A stretch of DNA of 63,846 nt, the filler included, from Octopus bimaculoides (Eukaryota): NCBI RefSeq assembly GCF_001194135.2. It is 6 parts of 6 records of this genome, joined end to end, with 100 filler letters (N's around TTAATTAATTAA, not from the genome) between each part and the next. Parts side by side here need not be neighbours in the genome. Positions count along the whole stretch, not along the records: positions 20,511 to 39,614 come from NC_068993.1; 5 more parts are not named here. One strand, given 5' to 3'. Position numbers and translations under genes: made by a program. The notes beneath the pieces are model-generated. The model was not told where the DNA came from. It saw only the letters and a list, made by a program, of their open reading frames with translations, and did not search any database. This document shows, piece by piece, positions 22,486 to 35,639 of the stretch (positions within the stretch are counted from its first letter, which is position 1; every line of letters begins with the position of its first letter).

Positions 22486-23575
22486 TTAGTCCTTAGTCCA
22501 TCCCGCGTCTGGTGGCGCATTGGGCAGACAACAATTTCCACTGATCTCTATCGGCAGCCTCTGTTTATTACTGCTATGTCTGCTTTGAACGATCTGCGCC
22601 GTGTTGTTTTTGGTCTTCCTCTTTTTCTCTTTCCGCCAGGTGGTTCCCATCTAAATGCTGTTTTGGCGTGCCTTTGGTCTGGCATGCGGAATATGTGCCC
22701 GGCAAGTCTCATTCTTCTCTCTGTCTCGATGTCTTGCAACCTTCTTGACTGTGCTCGCTGGAGGACTGCAGCATTTGTGATGTGGTCGCGATAGGAGATC
22801 TTCTATATTTTCTACACTTGCTACTTTGCTGTTCTTCAGTTTCTTGATAGCTCTTTCAAATTCATCTTCACTGATGTTATCCATTCTTATATCCAGCTGT
22901 TGCTATCTAGTTTCATTATCAAAATTGAAGAGTGTTGTTGGATTTGGCTGGTTTAGTACTGTCTGGAAATGCTCCACACACCGTTGCTCTGTTGTTGTGA
23001 GTACAGTGCCGTTTTTGTCTTTTACTGGTACTGCTGATAGCCCTCCAGCTCCAGTCAAATCTTTGACAATTTTGTAAAGGGTCCTGGTGTCATTTTGATT
23101 GGCTACTACCTGTGCTTCCTCACTCTTCTGCTCAAACTATGCTTTCTTGTCCTTTCTGCAGCTTCTCTTCGCTGCTCTATCTGCCATTTGGTATTGTTCA
23201 CTGAGTCTTGTATTAGCATCCATTGTTTTTGCTTGCGCTCTTGCCTCCTTGATCTTTCTTCTCTCATCTATCAGGTCCTAGGTTCTTTTCTATATCCAAA
23301 TTTCTTTTCTTTTCCCTCTTCTTCTGCCCAGCCGATCTTCTACAACTTTTGTTACTGCCTCCCTGAATATTGCCCATTGTTCTTCAATATCAGTTGCTTG
23401 CAGCAGTGATTCAAACTTGTTTTCAAGTGCAAGCCTGAACTGTTGTGATTTCTGTTGATCTTTCAACTTTTCCACTGCAAAAGGTGTGATAGTTTTTGGC
23501 TTTTGCATCTTTTTTAGCCTCAGTTGAACTTTTCCTTGAACTAAGTGATGATCAGAGCCAACGTCTGTACCTCTA
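22484..23575 (-). mobile_element. RTE-clade LINE ORF2 remnant with the RT core deleted
   Basis: Runs from RGTDVGSDHHLV (end of APE) through ERAIKKLKNSKVA, then jumps to the C-terminal RMRLAGHIFRM...GKRKRGRPKTT. Tail is (ggactaa)2. Confidence 0.8.
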
Positions 23576-23579
23576 TAGA

Positions 23580-24212
23580 AAACAATACAGGAAAACTTCA
23601 TAAGACAGTAGCATCCAGAAATTTAAAAAATAAAAATTTATGGAGGGTTAGGTCTTCGAACAAACAAGCAACATCAGAGTGGACGTACGGAAAAGATCGA
23701 CGAAGGCAGACGTTTAGGGCCGTTAGGCCAAGGCGAATTGTAATGGGTAATGCCTGGGAGAAACTTTGAAAGAATATAGAATAAATAAAAGAGAAAAAAA
23801 AACGGCGAAAAAGATATTGGGAGGCGATGGAAATGACGTCCGGCTAGCTGGACGTCTCATCCAGAAAAGAGATAGAGACGAGGAAAATGGCCTTTAGTTA
23901 CGTCTGAGAAACAGGCAGAGGACAAAGGGGACAAGAGAGATGATGAGGGAAAGAAATAAAGGGAGTGAGGAGAAGAGAGAAATAATGAAAGATAGAGAGT
24001 GACAGAAGGACAGACGGGGCACAGCAAAGAAGGATGGGGAGAAGAACAAATATAACATTATAGAGGGTTAGAGAGAGAAATAAAGAAAATAGACAGAGAA
24101 CAGGATCGCAAAAATCATATATAAATGTAAAAACTTACTGTTGACAAAGGCTGCGCGGCGTTCAATTATTAAATAAAAATACTTTACCTAATGTAAATTT
24201 TTCATTTCTATT
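23580..24212. repeat. Unclassified interspersed repeat (possibly Penelope-associated)
   Basis: Strongly purine-biased block with a GACGTCC/GGACGTC hairpin at ~23836-23857 and no interpretable ORF. Confidence 0.3.
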
Positions 24213-25009
24213 NNNNNNNNNNNNNNNNNNNNNNNNNNNNNNNNNNNNNNNNNNNNNNNNNNNNNNNNNNNNNNNNNNNNNNNNNNNNNNNNNNNNNNNN
24301 NNNNNNNNNNNNNNNNNNNNNNNNNNNNNNNNNNNNNNNNNNNNNNNNNNNNNNNNNNNNNNNNNNNNNNNNNNNNNNNNNNNNNNNNNNNNNNNNNNNN
24401 NNNNNNNNNNNNNNNNNNNNNNNNNNNNNNNNNNNNNNNNNNNNNNNNNNNNNNNNNNNNNNNNNNNNNNNNNNNNNNNNNNNNNNNNNNNNNNNNNNNN
24501 NNNNNNNNNNNNNNNNNNNNNNNNNNNNNNNNNNNNNNNNNNNNNNNNNNNNNNNNNNNNNNNNNNNNNNNNNNNNNNNNNNNNNNNNNNNNNNNNNNNN
24601 NNNNNNNNNNNNNNNNNNNNNNNNNNNNNNNNNNNNNNNNNNNNNNNNNNNNNNNNNNNNNNNNNNNNNNNNNNNNNNNNNNNNNNNNNNNNNNNNNNNN
24701 NNNNNNNNNNNNNNNNNNNNNNNNNNNNNNNNNNNNNNNNNNCCCGAGTTTTGGCTATCATGTTGTTATATACCCGTCTGGTTAGGGAATGAAACATTGC
24801 TACAACTTTACTGGTTACTTTGGAAACTATTATCATTATCTCAACTAACACTGCGGAGTTCCTGAAGTAGATCCAACGGAAATATGCCCCAACTGCGGAT
24901 GACACCAGGTAGCCCAGACTGTGACAGTGCTCTTTTAAACACTTCAACACACTAACTGACATATACCTATTAGGCTAAAATATTATGCACACACACACAA
25001 ATCGCTAGC

Positions 25010-25250
25010 CACTACACATTCTTTATTTTCTCCCCTTGTTTCTTTCTGTGTTCCTTTCTGTGGAAGAGCGTAGGCTCGAAACGTTAAAGACTTTTTCACT
25101 TNNNNNNNNNNTTTCTGTGTTCCTTTCTGTGGAAGAGCGTAGGCTCGAAACGTTAAAGACTTTTTCACTTCCCGAGCGTTAAACTATTACATCTGTTTGT
25201 TGTCTACACCACGTGTCTTCGTCTTTTGTTTTTTTTTTGTGAATTCTTCC
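25010..25250 (+). mobile_element. Short Penelope-terminal-repeat-like element with a degenerate minimal hammerhead-like motif
   Basis: ggaagagcgtaggctcgaaacgt at ~25062 and again at ~25131 across a 10-N gap. A related diverged copy lies at ~53885-53995. Confidence 0.5.
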
Positions 25251-25292
25251 CCCACCATATATATATGTGCTCACACATGTGTATATATGTAT

Positions 25293-25572
25293 ATTCTTTT
25301 ATTCTTTTACTTGTTTCAGTCATTTGACTACGGCCATGCTGGTGCACAACCTTGAAATGCTTTTGTTGAGCAATTCTACCCCAGGACTTAGTTTATAGCG
25401 TAGTACTTATTCTACCAGTCTCTTTTGCTAAACAGTTAGACTACTATAGGGACGTAAACACACCAACACCGGTTGTCAAGTGATGATGAGGGACAAACAC
25501 AGGTACAAAGACACACACATACATACATACATGCATACATGTATACACACACACACACACATACACACACAC

Positions 25573-25628
<56 letters not shown>

Positions 25629-25730
25629 CTATGGTCGGCCTGAGGCTATAGTAGAAGACACGAAGATACTTATTCAAGATGCCACGTAGTGGGACAAGTC
25701 CTGCAACCATGTGGTTGGGAAGTAAGCTTC
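25293..25730 (-). mobile_element. tRNA-derived SINE, second family
   Basis: cttttacttgtttcagtcatttgact.cggccatgctgg...ggcctgaggctatagtagaagacac, homologous to 50597-51067. Confidence 0.75.
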
Positions 25731-25913
25731 TTTATTTCATCAAATTTGCCATAAAGACATTACATAGATAGAAGCAAGTGCGGGCTGGACAACAACACAA
25801 ATGAAATGAATGATGAGCAAAATAATGATATTGATGAGAGAAGCAGACGACGCCTGTCGATCGATGCTTCTCGAGAACATTGTTCTTTTTTCTTTAAAAA
25901 AAAAACGCATATC

Positions 25914-26052
25914 AGGCGTTGAACCTCTTACAATAATTACAAATTGAGGCGTTGAACCTCTTATCAATCAAAAAAGTTCAGAAAATATTCAATTTGAAGC
26001 GCTAAGCCTCTTATCAATCTCCAGTTTCTAATCGAGGCGCTAAGGCCTCTTA
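25914..26052. repeat. Four spaced 17-18-bp repeats (A(G/A)GCGYTRAR(G)CCTCTTA) with 16/33/21-nt spacers
   Basis: Copies at 25914-25930, 25947-25963, 25997-26013 and 26035-26052. Confidence 0.75.
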
Positions 26053-26539
26053 CTCTGCTTCCCCATTAAGTTTCTTGCTGCCTGCTGGCAATCCTGCAGT
26101 CGCAAGCCGGGGTCCCAAAACCATAATTATATTCTTCCATATTAAGGAATTCATCACCCTATAGAAATAATTTTCCTCTATGACCTCCGCAGCCACCGAG
26201 TTAAAAAAAATGCAGGAAGGAAGAAAGAAGACAAGAAACAGTTCCAAAAAAACACAGCAAATTATTCTGGCCGTCCTGGTACTCCTGGCCAATTCGGTAA
26301 TCCTCTTGGTTAGAGAACAAGACAGTCACAACAATTTCACAAAAAAATGGTAAAAAACTAAGCATAACTTTAGGAGGAGGGATATTCCCCCATAACACAC
26401 TTCTCACTGCTAAGTGAGACTTTAAACACAACTACAGGCAGACAAATGCGCGGAACCCTGTGGAGGCTTCTTTTTCGACAAAAATAAATAAACACGAGCA
26501 ACAAACCCCAACGAAATCCTCAAAAAACAAATGTCTTAC

Positions 26540-26680
26540 CTTGTAGTTGTGCTTCACTTGTTCAATAATTCACGACGTTAGTGTACAGCGACGTGACTCT
26601 TAGCAGTGCAAAGAAATCACTGACCAACGCATGTGCAAGAAGCAAGCTTCTTACCGCACAATCACGCTTGCGCTTATATG
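26540..26680 (-). other. Candidate non-coding first exon of an unidentified minus-strand transcript
   Basis: Strong donor AAG|GTAAGA at 26540/26539, a TCAGT initiator-like motif near 26622 and a TATA-like motif near 26675, in unique CpG-containing sequence. Confidence 0.3.
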
Positions 26681-28820
26681 AAGCATAAAAGTCAGAAGGT
26701 GTGAGAGGTGAATCTATATTTATTTAACTACAGACATCCATAGGATTACGGCTGTTTCACAATCTTCTTCATGTAGTATTAATTTTAGTGTGGTAGAAAT
26801 TATGCTTACATGTTTGCGTTAATATGTATGCTCAGCATTATACAATACAATTGTATATTCACAAATCAATGGAAATAGAGGACGCTAACTTAAGAGATCA
26901 TGGTCTCACCAACGATCAAATCGATGTGTATATTGTATTTGTGTGTGTTTGTTTTACTGTCTCCTTGCCTTGACATCAGGCAATAGCTTTAAGACAGTGT
27001 TCCTGTCGTGTTAGGTATTCTTTGTTTCTGATCTTTCACGTAATCACATCTCGGCATGGTAGCAGGTGAGCGTTGGCGACTGGAATGACACCCAGCTATA
27101 GAAAATCTGTCATATCGATGCAAGAATGGGAAAGTGGCTGTTTCATGTATATATCTTACATGGATGATAATACTTTCCACCGACACATTACAACCGTATC
27201 TGATTGTTCAATTGCTTCAATATTGTGTATGTATATATATTCACTCGATTGCTGACATGTATCAATGGTTTCTCCCATTGATTTGATAAGCCGTTTTCTA
27301 TCAGTAATAAAACTGTCGGCAACTTTTACGACACGGTTATACTAGTTTATACATGAAAACCAAAGTGAAATGACATAAAACACATGAATGGTATCATGTT
27401 GAAGAGAAATGAAAACAAGACAAAAATGCTTATGGTTGTTCGAGAGAGGAAGAGGGAAAAAAAGACAGAGATAGAGAGAAACAGGGAGAAAGAGAGAGAA
27501 AGAGGCGTGAAAGAGAGAGAGAAAAAGCTGATAGAATAAGGAAGAACTGGGTTATAAACTAATGATGCTAGATACTGAGTAGAAAGGAACAGTAATGCGA
27601 GTTTAAATGTTTGGTGAAAAAAATTCTAAGAAGTATAAAAATTGATAGAATTGGACAAACAAAAGCGAATGAAATGACGAATGTTAGTTTATGAGAAAAC
27701 TTTACACGAGTAACGTAAATTTTCTTCAGAAACAGAAAGAATTTGTTTGAAGTAAAAATAATGGAAAACATAATTTATTGACTGTTTCTGAGAAAAAAAA
27801 AAAACAGAACAATGTAAATAGATTCAAGACCTGCCGAAAGTAGTAACCAAATTTCCTTCAATTTACACTTACTCATTTTCAAATAGAAGGACATACTGAT
27901 AATAATCTTTCAAGATACACAATGTAAAAACAAACAATTTGGTCAATCTTGGTTAGTCGATCTTTGATCACGGTTGCACTATGGTTCATGAGAATTATTA
28001 ACGTAATTTACGTTGGAAAATATGTCATTATTTACCTTGAAGTGATTCATTATCAAAAAATATAAAAAGAGAAAAAAGAGATATGTATTCATTTCGTCCA
28101 TATTCTTACAATGTATCTTTTACTGGTGTGTACATAATATCCGAAGCATATGGTTTCTGGCTTAAGAAATGAAGAGACATTTTAAGTAACCGATCGATTT
28201 GCATGTTACCGATTTCATGAATTCCGCTGAGTTCGTAATTATAACTAAACCAAAAGATTAACATTTCAAGGAGTTCTCTTCTTCACATACAAAGCACAGA
28301 ATCCATTGCTTCGTCAATAAGTAATTAATGAAGTGAGGAAATTTGAAACCATTATATATATATATATATATATNNNNNNNNNNNNNNNNNNNNNNNNNNN
28401 NNNNNNNNNNNNNNNNNNNNNNNNNNNNNNNNNNNNNNNNNNNNNNNNNNNNNNNNNNNNNNNNNNNNNNNNNNNNNNNNNNNNNNNNNNNNNNNNNNNN
28501 NNNNNNNNNNNNNNNNNNNNNNNNNNNNNNNNNNNNNNNNNNNNNNNNNNNNNNNNNNNNNNNNNNNNNNNNNNNNNNNNNNNNNNNNNNNNNNNNNNNN
28601 NNNNNNNNNNNNNNNNNNNNNNNNNNNNNNNNNNNNNNNNNNNNNNNNNNNNNNNNNNNNNNAGCACCATAGCTTCATACTTTTGAAATATCTATAAAAC
28701 CGCCAAATGCTTGTTTATTTTTATGTTTTTGATTTATTATTAGTGCTGCTTAATATGTTTGGCTAAAATTGCTGCTTCTTTTCAGATATCATGTGAAAAA
28801 GGTAATTAACATTCATTAAA

Positions 28821-29710
28821 ATGACATCTATTGGACTTTCAAAGAGGTCAGATTGTTGGTGCTCGTACGGCAGGCGCTAGCGTAATGAAAACAGCCGAAA
28901 TATTTGGTGTATCAAGAAGTACTGTCTCCAAAGTAATGACAGCCTTTGAGAAAGAGGGAAAAACCTCATCGTCGAAACAAAACTCCCGAAGAAAGCCAAA
29001 ACTTTCAGATAGGGAACATTGAACTCTTCCAAGAATTGTAAGAAAGGATCACAAAAAGTACAGCTCCCAATATTACTACAGATATTAATGACCACTTCGA
29101 AAACCCAGTTTCCACAAAAACTGTACGCCAGGAGCTGCACAAAGCCGGATTACATGGGAGGACTTCAATCAGAAAACCACTACTTTTAAAAACAAACGTT
29201 GCAAAGCGTGATGAGTCATCCTTTACCATATTTCCGACCACTGGAGACAGCTAAAAGAAGCATTTGAACCAGTCTGCCTTCTTCCAACTGTTAAACATGG
29301 AGGAGGATCTGTGATTATCTGGGAAGCTATAACTTGGAAATCCGCCAGCCCAATGGTTTCCCTTCATGGCAGAGTTAATAGTCAAGACTATTTAAGCATT
29401 TTATCTGATCAAATTCATCTTATGGTTGCGGAACTGTTTCTGCAAGGAAATGCGATCTTTCAAGATGATAATGTACCAATTCACACAGATAAAGTTGTTA
29501 CGAGAAACATTCTAATGAAGTTGAACATCTTATCTGGCCACCACAGTCCTCGGATCTCAATATTATTTAACATTTATGGTGCATTTTAGAAAAACAAGTA
29601 AGGAGTCGATATCCTTCACCATCACCCCTACCAGAACTGGAGACTGTTTTCGCTGAAGAATGGATAAAAATTCCTTTGGAAACAATTCAAACTTTGTACG
29701 AGTCCAAATC
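28821..29710 (+). pseudogene. Tc1/mariner-family (Tc1, DDE) transposase remnant
   Basis: DFQRGQIVGARTAGASV..TAEIFGVSRSTVSKV (HTH), DESSFTIF, TVKHGGGSVIIWEAITW, FQDDNVPIHT and WPPQS.DLNII..LW. Frameshifts, stops and a deletion just before the first D motif. Confidence 0.9.
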
Positions 29711-29941
29711 TCATAGAAATAGAAAACAGGACAAGTAACATAAAGAACAACCCTTCATCAGTTGTCGGCTGTCTATCTACTGCTCATGTCGAGCATTGAA
29801 CGACAGTTAATCGTATACATAACCTAAATATCTTCATACCTGTACTTCGGTACCCGCATATATATTCAATTATTTTTGTTTTTTACACAGCTTACTTTGC
29901 CTTACAATTCAAGTGCCTGATTTACCTGAACCCCAATCTGT

Positions 29942-30049
<108 letters not shown>

Positions 30050-30580
30050 CGTACGTGCATAAGTGTGTATGCCAATATCTTACATGCAATTCAACAACTA
30101 TAACTATAGTTTACAGTTCGACTTTTAGGAAGTGACTTCTCAGAAAAATTTCTGCATTCATTGGTATTGCTACTTCTTTAAGTTGGAATTTCATCTTCAT
30201 TCCTTTCAGAGTGGGATAATGGAATGTAACCAATGTGACGTGACTTACGCCATTTATAAGTGAATGTGGTTTATCTATGTGTTGACGCTAGAATTCTAAA
30301 TTCTTCTGTGACATGAAGCTGTAGATTCAATTTTACCGTACAGTTTTCTTTAAAAAAGACATCTGTTTTTCTATAAACACGTCAAACACATGTGTGTGTG
30401 TGTGTGTATGTCTGTATATGTATGTGTGTATGTATGTATGTATGCATGCATGTATGTATGCATGTATGTATGTACATATGTATATGTGTGTGCCTGTGTG
30501 GGTGAACATACATACATATATGCATATATACACACAAACATACACACACATATATATGTGGATATATAAAGAGATAGCCA

Positions 30581-30645
<65 letters not shown>

Positions 30646-31263
30646 ATATATAAGTTCTTGGATAGGCAAATAGGTATATTAATAAATACATATGTGTGTC
30701 TGTATGTGAGTGCAGATGAATGTGAGTTTGTGTAATAAATAAAACAGTCAGCTTATTACGGAAATGAAAAAAACATTTGCCTTGCAAGACTGTCTAAAAA
30801 TATGTGTGCTTAATTCCTGACGCTAAACACTGCTAATTCCCAGACATTTTCTTAACTATACATAAACGTTGTTGCATATATATAAAAAAAAATTATGTAC
30901 ATTTACCTTAAGTAAATGATTAATATAAAGAATACATTATGAAAAATAGGGAGACGTTGCAGTTGGATGCGAAAATATTAATTATTGTTTTTAAAAGGAA
31001 GTATATTGAAATGTTATTTTAATTGGTGTTATAATTACTATTAGATTGTCAGGTGTTTTGTCTATACGTTTAAATGTAAATCCAAGATGGTGTAATTAGA
31101 TCACATTTCTGCAAGGAGGTAATTACGTCTCAACATAATTAGCAGCTAGCATTGTGAACCTGACAAAAGCAGATTTAATACGCGGAAACATACATACATG
31201 CATATATATATATATTTGAAGTCTCTGTCTCTTTTGAATATGAAAATTTAAAAGTTAAAAACC

Positions 31264-31311
<48 letters not shown>

Positions 31312-31768
31312 AATATATACATATATATATATACACATATATATGCATACAAGCATGCATATGTATACATGAATATATACATATACATGCATATACGTAT
31401 ATATTCATATATATATATATGTATGCATTCACACATACGTATATAGATATTTTATATATATCCATATAAACATATTGCTATCTAGCTCTCTCTCCATATA
31501 TATATATATGTATATATAAAAGTATGTATGTGCGTACACACACACATATTTATATATGTGTATGTACATATATTAATATTTGCATACATTTACGTGTACA
31601 TATAACAGAAATTAAGATAAGCACAAGCGTATATTATTAATTCCTACCTTTGTCCCACCATAATGGTTTCTTCGAACCTTGCATTGTATGTTCATTATGC
31701 ATTTTAATACTAAACCAGATCGACTCACCACGGAACACTTGATTGCATTGAGTTACAGAGAACTTGTG

Positions 31769-31826
<58 letters not shown>

Positions 31827-31870
31827 TACGCAGGTGCGTGCTTGTCTTCGTGTATACATACATACAAGCA

Positions 31871-31931
<61 letters not shown>

Positions 31932-33506
31932 CAGAGGACATAGATATTGATATTTAAGTATACTAATATTTAAATATGTATTTACTAATACATATTTACA
32001 CGTACTTACACACATGGTCATACACAGACATATCCATATACTTATTATATATAAACGCAGTCAAATACAATAATAATACAGTAAATACACGATTCCTAGG
32101 AAAATCCTCTCTAGTCCTACATCTGTTTTTCACATGTAGCCATGTTTTCTACTGGAACACTTTCTCTCCATGTTGAATGTGTCCCAATGTTTGTGTTACT
32201 AAAAGACATATAATGTATTTGATACAGAAGGACCAATGTGCATTTAAAAGTAGATTTGATCTAAAACGATACTCTATAGATATATATACACAAACATTCA
32301 TGCATACGTGCCCCCCCCCACACACACGCAAGCACACGCACACTCATAAGTATGTATTAATAAGTCTGGTAATGGATCTATGGCAATTACGTGATTATTA
32401 TTATTTTGATTTCCTGATAGGCGTCTGCAGAGCTGGTTGGGGATATTCAATTCTAATGACGCACAAAGCTCGTTCACTGTCTCACAAAACGTATCGAATC
32501 AGACGTTGTTAAAAGTAAAATCGATAATGAGATCGAAACAAAGAGAGACGTAACTCAATAATAACGGCTATTTTTACCTCATTCTCATCTTGATCTTATT
32601 CAAGAACAATCGAAGCAAAAACAGCAGTTATTATTTAGAAAGTGGAGAAATCCTATGGGCAATTGGAGAAATAAGTGGTATCGTTTAACTAGGAATAATA
32701 TTTGAAAATTATGGACTGTTTGACCTTTCCAGTTTTTCTGCGAAATACTTTGATAGAAATTAAACATCTAGAGTAGGAATCAGAAACATCGTCTAGCTTG
32801 CTTTGGTGGAAAGTTTCCTATATTTCGGCAATAAATATCCTTTTTATGTAATATATGCATGGAAACCAAGTTCGACAATGATGTGATATCTCTCAGTGTA
32901 TAGCATTAATAGAGAGCGAACGGCGAAATTAAGGCTGGCAAAATTTCAACTTAAAATGTGGAAATTAAACTAAATGCTGAAGGACATTTAAACCGACACA
33001 CCATCGTTCATTCCAGCAGAAATAATAGGTTCCTTTTGAGAAAACAACAAACAATTTATGTTTAGTTGCTTGAAGGACCAAGAGTTTTCGATAGTTTTAT
33101 TTCCAAAGGTATCGTAACATTGCTGAAGACGCATTTGTAGTGAATTATCTTCCATAACCAATGCCAGTATATCGCAGATTCCGTTGTTTAAAGTTATCTG
33201 CCCCTACGAAAATACAAAAATTCCTCTATGTCGTATTCAATGCTTTTTCCGTTTTTGTGAAATTGTCAAAAAACGTTTTTAAAAAGACATCTCTGTGAAA
33301 CAAAACGTTAGTTTGAATGATATGATTATTTGATTCTCTTTACAGAAATAGCGTTTAAAGAACATTCCAGAACATTCCAGAATGATGCACTGGAAATTAT
33401 CGTTTAAAGATTTCGAAACACAGTAATTGTCATAATAACAATACTGAGTAATGCTTATTTGTTGGTACCAACACACGGCTAATTATTGATTAATGTACTT
33501 AATTTC

Positions 33507-33770
33507 AAGGCGCAGGCATGGTTGTGTGGTAAGGAGCTTGCTTCCCAAACCAAATGCGTCCGGGTTCAGTCCCACTGCATGGCACCTTGGATAAGTGGCT
33601 TCTACTATAGCCTTGTGAGTGGGTTTGGTAAAAGGAAGCTGAAAAACGCCTGGCTTTGAAAAATTACCGGGCTTTGAAAAATGATTGGGGTCGATTCATT
33701 CGACTAAGAACCCTTCAAGGCGGCGCCCTTGGATGGCTGCAGTCTAATCACTGAAACAAGTAAAAAATAA
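33507..33770 (+). mobile_element. tRNA-derived SINE, second family, internally deleted
   Basis: aaggcgcaggcatggttgtgtggtaagg...gggttcagtcccactgcatggcaccttgg...actgaaacaagtaaaa. Confidence 0.75.
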
Positions 33771-34599
33771 GAAAATTAAGAAAATGGACGGGAAGAGTCA
33801 TTAAAGTATCAACCAGAATACATTGCATAGAGATATTTGTTTCGGATTTTTAGGTTCAAACGCTGTCGACATCACCTTTACCTCAAGATCAATGAATAAG
33901 GCAATGATTCAGGAAGTGGATTGGCAGAATTGTTAAACCATCGGACGAGATGATTTGTGATATCTGTTCCGACTCTTTGCGTTCTGATATCAAATGAACC
34001 TCTTCGCTACTGTAGTGTCGTCATTAGTAAGGCTATTCCGAAGTGTTGGTATCCAGACCAATGTATAAAAGACACATCTTATGAAACACTAATGAACCCA
34101 CAAAAAAACAAATAAATAAAATAAAATAACGTGCTCCGAGGCTCCGAGACTCTGAGAATACAGCAAGATTTTTAATCTGTAGCTATATGGGTGGAGTTAG
34201 GTATATTATGTACTCTACTAGGTATGGGTGGACCACCTAATCCATTAAGTAACACTCAACTTGGAATTCTATTAACGATAATATTTTTTCTATTTTTCTA
34301 AATATATTTTCTGTTAGAATAATCGTGATATGATAAAATTACTAATGGCTCGATCTTTATTAAGAGTACTTGAAGCAGAATATACTGATGCAGCTTACTA
34401 TTGTTTAGTCCCAATCTGGATTCCAGTTATTCCCCTCAGTTTTATTTTTGTAGGAATTCCTAACAGGCATTCCTGCTGAGAAAACACGATCATTTGATAG
34501 AGAACATATTGCTACGTGTTGAAGAAAAGAGTAACGTAAACAATCACAAGGCACGAAAGACGACTTGAACTCAGTATCGTAACTCAAACGAAAACTTGT

Positions 34600-35400
34600 C
34601 AACGTTCCCTCTCATCGTAAAACATTGCGTTATATTAACCCATTGTATCTAATTAGAATTAGAAGAACTAACGAAAGTTGTTCGATTTTCTAGAAATAAC
34701 AGTTAGACATTCTTCAAACCACAACCTAATCTTCATAATATTCCATCGAAAAGGCATTAATATCACCTCAATAAATCAAATATAGAACACAGCAGAAATC
34801 GTCTCCACAGAAACTAGCAGAAAGGGTAGAGAAAAGCATGGGAAGATACTTTAATATGTCATGAAAATCAGTTATTAATCTTATATTAAGAGTTATAGAA
34901 AGTCTTAGAGACATATTTGGGAAAAATCAATCTGAAATTTCAAAAGTTCATTGCTATGGCAATATCATTGACACAGTTTCCAAAATTATTTACTTTCTCT
35001 CAGTGAATCAATATTCTAACTGTCACAAAACAAGTATCACAGAGTCTTAGAACTCTAGGAAAATATGAATGATATTCTGTAATGCTTATCCATTTCCAAA
35101 GGTTTGAAGAACTGTACAACAACAAAAGAAAAGAAAGAAAAGAAAAAAAAGAAAGAAAAAAAAACGATGTTTTTAATTGATGTGTTAATTCTCTGAAAGA
35201 AACGGTAATATCTTCCAGTATTGGAGATGACCAGAATGTGAGTCTCGAAACTAGAAATAATCAGCGTTAATTATAGGTGTCTTCCGAATGGTAGAAGAGA
35301 TTCAGACAAATATATAAAAAAATATCCATGATTATATTGCCAATATAAAAGAAATGGTACTACAGGAAACTGTACAGAAATTAACTGGCTTTATGAGCAA
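34600..35400 (+). mobile_element. Highly decayed R4/Dong-like (RLE) element remnant
   Basis: 3' translation VIIGVFRMVEEDSDKYIKNI...KEMVLQETVQKL resembles the RLE C-terminus of the two better copies downstream. Confidence 0.35.
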
Positions 35401-35436
35401 GGTAAATGAAGACACTTTCTTTCACGTAGTCAGAGT

Positions 35437-35635
<199 letters not shown>

Positions 35636-35639
35636 ATGA

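Noticed and set aside
24742-24765. cccgagttttggcta resembling the 3' half of a hammerhead
   Set aside because: The core would lie in the preceding gap and cannot be verified.
25043-25170. Identical ~60-bp duplication across a 10-N gap
   Set aside because: Likely assembly overlap artefact.
25914-26052. CRISPR-like appearance of spaced repeats
   Set aside because: Eukaryotic context, repeats only 17-18 bp and diverging, spacers irregular and partly similar to each other, and no cas genes.
29715-29800. CTGATGAAGGG on the minus strand next to the Tc1 remnant
   Set aside because: Only the 5' half of a hammerhead; the GAAA half is missing at the junction, so it is not called a ribozyme.
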